Shown: positions 36,221 to 54,869 of the stretch, in pieces
Layout: every line of letters starts with the position of its first letter
Numbering within the stretch: position 1 is the stretch's first letter
DNA from: Candidatus Limnocylindria bacterium
Lineage (GTDB): Bacteria > Chloroflexota > Limnocylindria > QHBO01
DNA: 54,869 bases
Direction: 5' to 3'
Assembly: GCA_035700865.1 (NCBI GenBank)
Contig: DASSOH010000008.1
Location: 1-54,869, forward strand
Notes under the pieces: generated by a model
Told to the model about the DNA's origin: nothing
Database searches by the model: none
Seen by the model: the letters and a program-made list of their open reading frames with translations, nothing else
Translations under genes and position numbers: made by a program

Positions 36221-37375
36221 TCAGGACTCCTCCCCGCCCGCAGCACCTTCGCCCTCGGCCGGTGCGGCCGGCTCAGCCGATCCGGCTGCCGACTCGCCCG
36301 TCGCGGACGTGGCCTCCTCGGCCGGCTCCGCCGCCTTCCGGGCGCGGCTTCGCGGCTTGGGGGCGGCCTGCTCGGTCGACTCGGCCGGCGCAGCCTGCTC
36401 CGCCGGCGCGGCCTGCTCCGCCGGCGCGGCCTGCTCGACGGCCGCGGTGGCCTCCGCCGGCGCCGAGGTCGCCTCGGGGGCGGCGGCGCCCGACTCGGTC
36501 ATCGACGCGCTCGTGCCGATCGGCTCCGGGGCCGCCGGCGCGGCGGCCGGTGCATCGGTCGTCGGGATCGGCTCCACGGCCGCCGGCGTGGCGGCGCGCT
36601 GCTCCCGCTCGGGAGCGGCCGCGCGTGGCGCTCGCGGAGGTCGCGGCGCGCCATCGGTCGGCCGAGGCCCAGCGCCTCGACCACGGCCGCCGGCTGCCGG
36701 CGCCCCACGCCGCGCCGGGCGTGGCTCGGTGCGCGCGCTGCCGGGCCGCTCGCCCAGCTGATCGCCGCGGTACACCCACGCCTTGACGCCGATGGCGCCG
36801 TACGTGGTGCGCGCCAGGACGACGCCGTAGCTGATGTCGGCGCGCAGCGTCCCCAACGGGATGCGACCCTCGCGGTCCCATTCGGTGCGGCTCATCTCGG
36901 AGCCGCCGAGGCGACCCGAGACCTGGATCTTGACGCCCTTGGCGCCGGCCTTGATCGAGCGCTGGATCGACTGCTTGATCGCCTTGCGGAAGGCGATGCG
37001 CCGCTCCAGCTGGCCGGCGACGTTCTGCGCCACCAGCATGCCGTCGAGCTCGGGCTGCAGGATCTCCTTGATCTCGAGCTTGACCTTCTTGTTCGTCAGC
37101 TTGCCGATGGCGGTGCGCAGCGCCTCGACGTTCGCGCCACCCTTGCCGATGACGATGCCCGGCTTGGCCGTGTGAACCGTGACGGTCACGTGGTTGATGC
37201 CGCGCTCGATCTCGACCTGGCTGACGCTGGCGTTCGAGAGCTGCTTCGCGACCAGCTCCCGGATCCGCATGTCCTCCTGGAGAAGGCTCGCGTAGTCGCG
37301 GTCCGCGTACCACTTCGCCAGCCAGGGCTTGTTGACACCGATCCGGAAGCCGTAGGGATGGACCTTGTGCGCCAT
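36221..37375 (-). CDS. rpsC: 30S ribosomal protein S3 with a roughly 175-aa low-complexity C-terminal extension
   Basis: The core [14 protein letters not shown]...[10 protein letters not shown] (KH domain) ends near residue 207. An Ala/Pro/Glu/Arg-rich tail follows in the same frame up to the TGA at 36221. Confidence 0.92.
   Translation of the reverse strand: MAHKVHPYGFRIGVNKPWLAKWYADRDYASLLQEDMRIRELVAKQLSNASVSQVEIERGINHVTVTVHTAKPGIVIGKGGANVEALRTAIGKLTNKKVKLEIKEILQPELDGMLVAQNVAGQLERRIAFRKAIKQSIQRSIKAGAKGVKIQVSGRLGGSEMSRTEWDREGRIPLGTLRADISYGVVLARTTYGAIGVKAWVYRGDQLGERPGSARTEPRPARRGAPAAGGRGRGAGPRPTDGAPRPPRAPRAAAPEREQRAATPAAVEPIPTTDAPAAAPAAPEPIGTSASMTESGAAAPEATSAPAEATAAVEQAAPAEQAAPAEQAAPAESTEQAAPKPRSRARKAAEPAEEATSATGESAAGSAEPAAPAEGEGAAGGEES
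36393..36446. repeat. 18-nt tandem repeat (2 perfect copies plus 1 degenerate) within the rpsC tail
   Basis: gcctgctccgccggcgcg at 36393-36410 and 36411-36428, with a related copy at 36429-36446. It encodes EQAAPA three times. Confidence 0.9.
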
Positions 37376-37377
37376 GC

Positions 37378-37719
37378 TTACGACTCCTCTCGGTCAGCCA
37401 CGGCGACGGTGATGTGGCTGGTTCGCTTCAACACCTGGAAGTACCGTCCCTGGGCGCGGGGTCGCCCGCGCTTGAGGGTCGGACCCTCGTCGGCGACCGC
37501 GCTCACCACGCGCAGCTCGTCGGCCGACAGGTTGTAGTTGTTCTCGGCGTTGGCCGTGGCGCTCTTGAGCACCTTGGCCACGTCCTTCGCCGCCGCGTTG
37601 GGCAGGAAGCGAAGGATCGCCGCAGCCTCCTCGACCGGCTTGCCGGCGATGAGGTCGGTCACCAGCCGCACCTTGCGGGGGCTGATGCGGATGTACTTGG
37701 CGGTCGCGGTCACTCGCAT
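37378..37719 (-). CDS. rplV: 50S ribosomal protein L22
   Basis: [21 protein letters not shown]... Confidence 0.96.
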   Translation of the reverse strand: MRVTATAKYIRISPRKVRLVTDLIAGKPVEEAAAILRFLPNAAAKDVAKVLKSATANAENNYNLSADELRVVSAVADEGPTLKRGRPRAQGRYFQVLKRTSHITVAVADREES

Positions 37720-37728
37720 CGGTCGCGC

Positions 37729-38016
37729 CTACTTCAGCGCGGTCGAGCGCTGCGTGGCCCGACCCGTGTGCCCGCGGTAGGTGCGCGTCGGAGCGAACTC
37801 GCCGAGCCGATGCCCGACCATGTTCTCGGTGACGAAGACCGGCACGTGACGACGGCCGTCGTGGACGGCGATCGTGTGCCCGATCATCTGCGGGAAGATG
37901 ACGCTGGCGCGGGACCAGGTCTTCAGCACCTTCCGCTCGCTGCGCTTGTTCATGTCGTCGATGCGGCCGAGCAGGCGCGCGTCGACGAATGGTCCCTTCT
38001 TGACGGAACGGCTCAT
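37729..38016 (-). CDS. rpsS: 30S ribosomal protein S19
   Basis: [12 protein letters not shown]... and [33 protein letters not shown]. Confidence 0.97.
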   Translation of the reverse strand: MSRSVKKGPFVDARLLGRIDDMNKRSERKVLKTWSRASVIFPQMIGHTIAVHDGRRHVPVFVTENMVGHRLGEFAPTRTYRGHTGRATQRSTALK

Positions 38017-38028
38017 CTCGATCGGCTC

Positions 38029-38862
38029 CTAACCCCGCCCGTACCGACGGCGGACGATCAGCTTGTTGCTGGGGTTCTGCTTGGCGCGGGTCCGCAGGCC
38101 CATGGCCGGCTTGCCCCACTTGGTCTTCGGCGGCATGCCGGTCGGCTGCTTGCCCTCGCCACCACCGTGCGGATGGTCGTTCGGGTTCATGGCCGAGCCG
38201 CGCACGGTCGGCCGCTTGCCCATGTGGCGCGAGCGACCGGCCTTGCCGATCTTCTGGTTCTCGTGGTCGAGGTTGCTGACCTGGCCGATGGTCGCCATGC
38301 ACTCCACGCGCACCCGGCGCACCTCGCCCGAGGGGAGGCGGAGCGTGGCGAATTCGCCCTCCTTGGCCAGCAGCTGGGCGCTGCTGCCCGCCGAGCGAAC
38401 GATCTGGCCGCCCCGCCCTCGCACCAGCTCCACGTTGTGGACCTGCGTGCCCAGCGGGATGCGCGACAGCGGCAGGGCGTTGCCGACGCGCGCCTCGGCG
38501 TCCGGGCCGGAGGCGACGGTGTCCCCGACCTTGATGCCGTGCGGCAGCAGCATGTAGCGCTTGTCGCCGTCGGCGTAGTGCAGCAGGCCGATGCGCGCCG
38601 AGCGGTTCGGGTCGTACTCGATGGTCGCGACCCGCGCGGGCACGCCGTACTTGTCGCGCTTCCAGTCGATGACGCGGTAGAGCCGCTTGTGGCCCGATCC
38701 CTGGTGCCGGACGGTCAGCTTGCCCTGGCTGTTGCGGCCGGCACGCCGGACCAGCCGCTCGGTCAGCGGCTTGTGCGGCGTATCGGTCGTGATCTCCTCG
38801 AACGTCGACCGGGTCATCTGGCGAAGGCCCGGCGACGTCGGTCGGTAGTTGCGAAGTGGCAT
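38029..38862 (-). CDS. rplB: 50S ribosomal protein L2
   Basis: [26 protein letters not shown]. Confidence 0.97.
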   Translation of the reverse strand: MPLRNYRPTSPGLRQMTRSTFEEITTDTPHKPLTERLVRRAGRNSQGKLTVRHQGSGHKRLYRVIDWKRDKYGVPARVATIEYDPNRSARIGLLHYADGDKRYMLLPHGIKVGDTVASGPDAEARVGNALPLSRIPLGTQVHNVELVRGRGGQIVRSAGSSAQLLAKEGEFATLRLPSGEVRRVRVECMATIGQVSNLDHENQKIGKAGRSRHMGKRPTVRGSAMNPNDHPHGGGEGKQPTGMPPKTKWGKPAMGLRTRAKQNPSNKLIVRRRYGRG

Positions 38863-38864
38863 GG

Positions 38865-39161
38865 TCAGACGGCCTCGAAGAGCTCGATCTTGTCCCCGGC
38901 GGCGATCGTCACCACGGCCTTCTTCCAGCCCGGCACCGTGCCCAGCGTCCGGCGGCCGCGCCGCTTCTGCTTGGGACGGACGTTGACGATTCGCACGTCG
39001 AGCACGGTCACCTTGAACTCGGCCTCGACGGCTGCCTTGATGAGGAACTTGTTGGCGTCGCGGGCGACCGCGAACGTGTAGTTGTTGCGCTCCGTCTCGA
39101 GCGTGCTCTTCTCGCTGATGACGGGCCGGAGGAGCACGTCGTGCAGGCTCTGCGCGGTCAT
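38865..39161 (-). CDS. rplW: 50S ribosomal protein L23
   Basis: 98 aa, [10 protein letters not shown]...[14 protein letters not shown]. The ATG at 39159-39161 overlaps the rplD TGA (ATGA). The rest of the 323-aa track ORF is junk. Confidence 0.94.
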   Translation of the reverse strand: MTAQSLHDVLLRPVISEKSTLETERNNYTFAVARDANKFLIKAAVEAEFKVTVLDVRIVNVRPKQKRRGRRTLGTVPGWKKAVVTIAAGDKIELFEAV

Positions 39162-39781
39162 GCGTACACCTCCTGGGCGCGGCTCAGCGCGTCGCTGGTG
39201 AAGACGATGGTGTCGGCCTCGAGCAGGTCGACCACGTTCAGGCTGTCGGCCAGCACCACCCGCACCTGGCGGAGGTTCCGCGCCGAGAGCTCCACGCGCT
39301 CGTCGCGGCCGGGGAGGACCAGCAGGACCTTGCCCTCGGCGTTCCAGCCGGCCAGCCGCTCGAGCATCGTCTTCGTCTTGATGTCGTCGAGCCCGAAGCC
39401 CTCGACCACGCGCACGGCACCCTCGCCCGCCTTGGCGGAGAGGACGCCGCGCAGCGCGCTGCGGCGCATCTTGGTCGGCATCTTCTGCTCGTAGCTGCGC
39501 GGGTGCGGTCCGAAGACCACGCCGCCGCCCGTCCAGTGCGGAGCGCGCCGGCTGCCCTGTCGGGCGCGGCCGGTGCCCTTCTGGCGCCATGGCTTGGCGC
39601 CACCACCCTGCACCTCGCCACGCGTCTGCGTGTCGGAGGTGCCGGCGCGACGTCCGGCCAGCTGGCGGACCACCGCCTGGTGGATCAGGCTTTCGTTGAT
39701 CGGAGCGGCGAAGAGCGACTCGGCCAGGTCGACCGTGCCGGCCTCGGTGCCGTCCGCGGAGAGGATCGTCGTCTGGGGCAT
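39158..39781 (-). CDS. rplD: 50S ribosomal protein L4
   Basis: [34 protein letters not shown]. Confidence 0.96.
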   Translation of the reverse strand: MPQTTILSADGTEAGTVDLAESLFAAPINESLIHQAVVRQLAGRRAGTSDTQTRGEVQGGGAKPWRQKGTGRARQGSRRAPHWTGGGVVFGPHPRSYEQKMPTKMRRSALRGVLSAKAGEGAVRVVEGFGLDDIKTKTMLERLAGWNAEGKVLLVLPGRDERVELSARNLRQVRVVLADSLNVVDLLEADTIVFTSDALSRAQEVYA

Positions 39782-39783
39782 GG

Positions 39784-40407
39784 TTACTTCGCCTTCTGCA
39801 CGAGCAGCAGGCCGTTGCGCGCCCCGGGCACCGCACCCTTGACCAGGATGAGGTTGCGCTCCGGATCGATCTTCACGACCTTGAGCTTCTTGACGGTCAC
39901 CTGCTCGTTGCCCATGTGACCGGCCATGCGGGTCCCCTTCCAGACGCGGCCCGGGTAGGTGCCCGCGCCGACCGAGCCGGGTGCCCGATGGTGATCCGAG
40001 CCGTGGGACTTCGGGCCGCGACGGAAGTTGTGGCGCGCGATGACGCCGGTGAAGCCGTGACCCTTGCTCACGCCGGTCACGTCCACCAGCTCACCCGCCT
40101 CGAAGAGGTCGACGCCGAGCTGCTGGCCGATCTCGTAGTCATCGGTCGAGTCGACCCGCACCTCGCGCACGGTGCGCGGGCGCTGCAGCTCCTTGTCGAG
40201 GTGCTTGAACTGGCCGGCCACCGGCTTCGTCGCGCGACGCGCGGTGCCCGCGCCGAGCTGAAGGGCGGTGTACCCGTCCTTCGCCGCGTCGCGGATGCGC
40301 GTGATCGTGTTCGGGGTGGCCTCGATGACGCTCACCGGGACGACGCTGCCGTCGTCGCCGAAGATGCGCGTCATCCCGAGCTTCCTCCCGATCAAACCTG
40401 CCGGCAC
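39784..40407 (-). CDS. rplC: 50S ribosomal protein L3
   Basis: GLIGRKLGMTRIF... and GHGFTGVIARHNF. GTG start at 40405-40407, with GGAAGGAA upstream. Confidence 0.96.
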   Translation of the reverse strand: MPAGLIGRKLGMTRIFGDDGSVVPVSVIEATPNTITRIRDAAKDGYTALQLGAGTARRATKPVAGQFKHLDKELQRPRTVREVRVDSTDDYEIGQQLGVDLFEAGELVDVTGVSKGHGFTGVIARHNFRRGPKSHGSDHHRAPGSVGAGTYPGRVWKGTRMAGHMGNEQVTVKKLKVVKIDPERNLILVKGAVPGARNGLLLVQKAK

Positions 40408-40444
40408 TGTTCGTGGTTCCTTCCTGATGGCGGAACGCCCTCGC

Positions 40445-40465
40445 GGCGGGCCATGACGGCCCGCC
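40445..40465 (-). other. GC-rich stem-loop in the 67-nt rpsJ-rplC spacer
   Basis: The 8-bp stem ggcgggcc / ggcccgcc has a 5-nt loop and no U-tract. It lies 10 nt after the rpsJ stop. Confidence 0.5.
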
Positions 40466-40474
40466 CGAAGGAGT

Positions 40475-40783
40475 TCACATCTTGATCTCGATGTCGACGC
40501 CGGCCGCCAGCGACAGCCGCATCAGCGCATCGACCGTCTTGGTGGACGGATCGATGATGTCGATGAGGCGCTTGTGCGTCCGGATCTCGAACTGCTCCCG
40601 GCCGTCCTTGTGGACGAACGGGCCCCGAATGACGGTGTACTTCTCGATCCGAGTCGGCAGCGGCACCGGGCCGGCGACGTCGGCGCCGGTCCGCTGCGCG
40701 GTCTCCACGATCTGCTCGGCCGACTGGTCGAGCAGCTTGTGGTCGTACGCCTTGAGCCGGATGCGGATGCGCTGCTTGGCCAT
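40475..40783 (-). CDS. rpsJ: 30S ribosomal protein S10
   Basis: [18 protein letters not shown]... Confidence 0.97.
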   Translation of the reverse strand: MAKQRIRIRLKAYDHKLLDQSAEQIVETAQRTGADVAGPVPLPTRIEKYTVIRGPFVHKDGREQFEIRTHKRLIDIIDPSTKTVDALMRLSLAAGVDIEIKM

Positions 40784-40788
40784 GGCGT

Positions 40789-41994
<1,206 letters not shown>

Positions 41995-42027
41995 GGTTGG
42001 TCTTCGTCGCTCCTTATCGGTCCGTAA

Positions 42028-44136
<2,109 letters not shown>

Positions 44137-44140
44137 CGGC

Positions 44141-44614
44141 CTACCACTTGAAGTGGCTGAAGGCGCGGTTCGCCTCCGCCATGCGGTGGGTGTCCTCGCG
44201 GCGCTTGACCGCGGCGCCGATGCCGTTGCTGGCATCCATGAACTCGGAGGCCAGCTTCTCGGCCATGCTGCGACCGTTGCGCTTGCGGGCCGAGTCGATC
44301 AGCCAGCGCATGCCGAGGCTGACCCGACGGTCGGCACGGACCTCGACCGGGATCTGGTAGGTGGAGCCGCCGACGCGCTTCGGCTTGACCTCGATGAGCG
44401 GCATGGCGTTGCGCAGCGCGGCCTCCATGACCTCGACGCCGGAACGGCCGGCCTGGCGCTCGCAGCGGGCGAGGGCCTCCTCGAGGATGCGGTGCGCCAG
44501 CTGCCGCTTGCCGCCGTGCATCAGCTTGTTGGTGAACTGATCGAGCGTCAGGGCGGTGCCGGTCAGCTGCTCGGCGTACTTCGTCTTGCGCGCGATGGTG
44601 GGTCGTCGTGGCAT
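44141..44614 (-). CDS. rpsG: 30S ribosomal protein S7
   Basis: [10 protein letters not shown]... and a C-terminal ...[15 protein letters not shown] at 44612-44614, 4 nt after the rpsL stop. Confidence 0.96.
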   Translation of the reverse strand: MPRRPTIARKTKYAEQLTGTALTLDQFTNKLMHGGKRQLAHRILEEALARCERQAGRSGVEVMEAALRNAMPLIEVKPKRVGGSTYQIPVEVRADRRVSLGMRWLIDSARKRNGRSMAEKLASEFMDASNGIGAAVKRREDTHRMAEANRAFSHFKW

Positions 44615-44618
44615 CGGT

Positions 44619-45038
44619 CTAGCTCTTGCCCGGCGCCTTCGCGCCGTACTTGCTGCGGCCCTGCTTGCGATCGCGGACGCCGGCCGCATCCAGGGTGCCG
44701 CGGACGATGTGGTACTTGACCGCCGGCAGGTCCTTCACGCGGCCGCCGCGGACCAGCACCATCGAGTGCTCCTGGAGGTTGTGCCCGATGCCCGGGATGT
44801 AGGCGGTGACCTCCATCCCGTTGGTCAGGCGCACGCGCGCGACCTTCCGAAGCGCCGAGTTCGGCTTCTTCGGCGTGCGCGTCATCACCTGCAGGCAGAC
44901 GCCGCGTCGCTGCGGCGCTCCCCGTCCCTCGCTGGTGGTCTGCTTGAGGGTGTTCAGCGTGCGGCGAAGCGCCGGCGCCTTCACCTTCTTGGTGGCCGGC
45001 TTGCGGCCCTTCCGCACCAGCTGGCTGATCGTTGGCAA
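44619..45038 (-). CDS. rpsL: 30S ribosomal protein S12 (139 aa; about 14-aa insertion in the N-terminal region)
   Basis: [12 protein letters not shown]..., [20 protein letters not shown] and [12 protein letters not shown] start at 45036-45038, with GAGG upstream. Confidence 0.95.
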   Translation of the reverse strand: MPTISQLVRKGRKPATKKVKAPALRRTLNTLKQTTSEGRGAPQRRGVCLQVMTRTPKKPNSALRKVARVRLTNGMEVTAYIPGIGHNLQEHSMVLVRGGRVKDLPAVKYHIVRGTLDAAGVRDRKQGRSKYGAKAPGKS

Positions 45039-45205
45039 CGAGAACCTCGCGTTCCTGACTCGCGTGTGGAATCCGTGCGTGCCTCACCCGTTCGACCCCG
45101 ACGAGACCCACGGAAACCCGCTCGGGGCTGCATCATGGGAACTTCTCGAAGGATGCCCGACCGGGCACACACGAAGGCGTCCCGCAGGCGGGACACCGAA
45201 GGCGG

Positions 45206-45235
45206 AGTATACGGAACAACCGTTCGAGGTGTCAA
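45206..45235 (-). promoter_or_regulatory. strong sigma-70-type promoter of the rpsL (str) operon
   Basis: The minus strand reads TTGACA (45230-45235), an 18-nt spacer, then TATACT (45206-45211), followed by CCGCCTTCGG. It predicts a 5' leader of about 160 nt. Confidence 0.7.
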
Positions 45236-45517
45236 CCGAAGGTCCTGCGCGAGGGAGCACCCGAGGGCCACCCGTCGGATGTCGCGCGGCCTCCGTCCCC
45301 GGGCGCGCTGTCGAGCGCGTTCCGTGCAATCCGTGGAGCGTGCTCGGTGCCCTGCCGTACCCACCATGGTGCGAGTGAGCCACCCGTCGAGTGAACGGTT
45401 CCCCCATCGGCGCATCTCGTCCCCCGCGTCGCCGCTCCGGCCCTCGCTCCGGGTCATCCAGCCACTCAGCAGCCCATCCGCTCCCTGACGGGTGCGGCAG
45501 ACGGTCGTGGCACGTGG

Positions 45518-45544
45518 AAGGGGCGGCCGTGCCGGCCGCCCCTT
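45518..45544 (-). terminator. candidate terminator hairpin downstream of rpoC
   Basis: The 11-bp stem aaggggcggcc / ggccgcccctt has a 5-nt loop and lies 24 nt after the rpoC stop. There is no extended U-tract. Confidence 0.5.
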
Positions 45545-45568
45545 TCGCATCGGCTTCGGTCGGTGAGC

Positions 45569-50017
<4,449 letters not shown>

Positions 50018-50154
50018 GAGCGGCTTCGTGACTCCTGCGGCGGCTCGCGACGCCGCTGTTGCGCTCGTTGCCGGGGTGGACCAGACCCCGGCTCAGGATG
50101 GACCGATGGGTGGGACGCGGGCCGTGCCGTCCCCGACACGGCCGCGCGAGGGTG

Positions 50155-53634
<3,480 letters not shown>

Positions 53635-53683
53635 TCAGGACTCCTCGGAGAGGGCATGGTGGGGCGCGGACACGCGAACGAGG

Positions 53684-53711
53684 AGTATAACACCGGATTG
53701 CGCTTCGTCAA
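53684..53711 (-). promoter_or_regulatory. sigma-70-type promoter of rpoBC
   Basis: The minus strand reads TTGACG (53706-53711), a 16-nt spacer ending in TGT (extended -10), then TATACT (53684-53689), followed by CCTCGTTC. It predicts a leader of about 45 nt. Confidence 0.65.
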
Positions 53712-53938
53712 CTGAAGCGCATCACAGCCGGACCGCCCGGTTGAGCGGCCAGCGGCGTCCACCGTGCGACCGTGGAAACGGTCGGGGCGCGGCCACGCGA
53801 TGACCGGCGGTGGCCCGGGGTCTTCGGTTGGTGCGCAGGGTAGCCGGTCGACGGACATCGTGCAGTAACTCGGGACGCGCGCCGACCCCAGGGCGCGGCT
53901 CGGCACCGTCGACGTCGACCGGCTCCGGGATGCCCGCA

Positions 53939-53966
53939 ACTGCCGACCCGCCACTGCCGACCCGCC
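53939..53966. repeat. 14-nt perfect tandem duplication in the rpoB-upstream intergenic region
   Basis: actgccgacccgcc occurs twice. It is followed by two copies of ccgcgaccg (53965-53973 and 53979-53987). Confidence 0.85.
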
Positions 53967-54021
53967 GCGACCGGCGCGCCGCGACCGCCACACCCGAGCT
54001 GCCCCGGGGAGCCATCGGGCG

Positions 54022-54037
54022 TAGGAATTCGTTCCTA
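54022..54037. promoter_or_regulatory. inverted repeat TAGGAA-N4-TTCCTA, a candidate operator in a divergent intergenic region
   Basis: taggaattcgttccta has 6-bp perfect arms. It is the most AT-rich spot between the rpoB promoter and the plus-strand LysM gene. Confidence 0.35.
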
Positions 54038-54138
54038 GTGCCAGCCGTTCCGGTGCCAGTATCCTCAATGGGCCCGGACGCGCGCGGCCGACCAGCTGCC
54101 GCACTCGTGGGCTCTCGAGCCGAATCGGTGGGGGGACA

Positions 54139-54869
54139 TTGGCGGATCTGACGCTCATCGACTGCCGCGGATGCGGTGAGCCGGTGTTGGCGCGCACGAG
54201 TGCCTGCTGGCGCTGCGCCACACCGCTCGTGCGCTCGCTATCGACGCCGAGGCGCGGGCTGGGCGACCTGTCGGCCGGCATCGTGGTCGTCGCCGTGTTC
54301 GCGGTGGCGCTGCTGGGGGCGGCGTTGTTCGCCACTCGTGCGGCCGCCATCGCGTCGCATGACGCCGCCGCGGCGGCGGCGCGTGACCCGGCCGGTGCAT
54401 CGCCTCCGGCCCGGGTGAGCGGGCCGGCACCCCCGACGTCCGCATCGCCACAGCCAGCTGCACCGGATGGCATGCACCTCGTGCAGGCCGGTGAGAGCCT
54501 CTTCTCCGTCGCCAACCGGTACGGCCTGTCGCCGGCACAGCTGGTGTACTGGAACTCGGACGAGTACCCGCGCCTGCGAGCCACGCCGGCGCTCGACGAG
54601 GGATGGATCCTTCGGGTCACCGGTCCCCCGCTCCCGAGGCCAACGCCGCGTCCGACCCCCGGTCCGACGCGCGCTCCCCCACCGACGCAGCCGATGCAAC
54701 CCACGGGGACGCCATACCCCGTCGCCGGACTCCCCGCCGTCGACCAGTACGGCCCCGCCGCGTTCCCGGCCGCCGACCACGTGACGGTTTCCTACTACAC
54801 GGTGTCCGGGTCGACCCCTCACGAGATCAGCGCATCGAAGCGCGCCAACGGTCCGTGGTCCGACTGGCT
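54139..54869 (+). CDS. membrane-anchored zinc-ribbon / LysM domain protein, possibly with a DUF922-like C-terminal domain; 3' end outside the window
   Basis: Frame 1 is open from the stop at 54022-54024 to the window end and is absent from the track. It has CRGC...CWRC, a TM (LSAGIVVVAVFAVALLGAALFA), LysM (HLVQAGESLFSVANRYGLSPAQLVYWN) and a Pro-rich linker, then VSYYTVSGSTPHEI. The start is uncertain (TTG at 54139 after GGTGGGGGG). Confidence 0.6.
   Translation, partial: MADLTLIDCRGCGEPVLARTSACWRCATPLVRSLSTPRRGLGDLSAGIVVVAVFAVALLGAALFATRAAAIASHDAAAAAARDPAGASPPARVSGPAPPTSASPQPAAPDGMHLVQAGESLFSVANRYGLSPAQLVYWNSDEYPRLRATPALDEGWILRVTGPPLPRPTPRPTPGPTRAPPPTQPMQPTGTPYPVAGLPAVDQYGPAAFPAADHVTVSYYTVSGSTPHEISASKRANGPWSDW

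Noticed and set aside
44981-45550. 189-aa minus-strand ORF, with overlapping plus-strand ORFs, spanning the rpoC-rpsL intergenic region.
   Set aside because: It is Arg/Gly-rich with poor third-position bias, and it runs straight through the consensus rpsL promoter and leader. I treat it as non-coding.
53722-54151. ORFs in the rpoB-upstream intergenic region (53810-54151 plus strand, 113 aa; 53722-54015 minus strand, 97 aa; 53541-54704 minus strand, 387 aa).
   Set aside because: Their composition is Arg/Pro/Gly/Ser/Thr-rich. Third-position GC in the 113-aa frame is roughly 70% by hand count, against well over 85% in neighbouring genes. There is no SD and there are no motifs. A small disordered protein cannot be fully excluded.

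Overview
High-GC (about 70% by eye) bacterial chromosome segment. It is almost entirely one minus-strand array of core housekeeping genes with very short or overlapping junctions. In transcription order on the minus strand: rpoB-rpoC; rpsL-rpsG-fusA-tuf joined directly to the S10, spc and alpha ribosomal-protein operons (rpsJ through rplQ, including an rpmJ that is absent from the ORF track); truA-rplM-rpsI; cdaA-cdaR-glmM-glmS; acpS-nnrD-alr; eight uncharacterised genes (8750-15118); tsaE-tsaB-rimI-tsaD-rsmA-ispE-ridA; glmU and a CorC/HlyC-type transporter. On the plus strand there is a partial polyprenyl synthase, tspO, and at the 3' edge a partial zinc-ribbon/TM/LysM gene. The alr/tsaEBD-rimI and glmM/glmS/rplM-rpsI/truA/rplQ order resembles Actinomycetota, but Chloroflexota-like lineages cannot be excluded; this is inference. 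I saw no rRNA, tRNA, CRISPR or mobile elements. The many long alternative-frame and antisense ORFs in the track are GC-driven artefacts. The most interesting region is the eight-gene, translationally coupled operon between alr and tsaE. It encodes a degenerate macro domain, an 86-aa helical protein, two bitopic plus two polytopic membrane proteins, a GlmL/MutL-like ASKHA ATPase and a 343-aa protein, and I cannot link it to any known pathway. Other points: three near-identical TTGAC-N16/18-TATACT promoters, leaderless-type promoters, repeat-encoded low-complexity extensions on S3, L15, L5 and beta-prime, a 14-aa insertion in S12, and rpoB without rplJ-rplL upstream.
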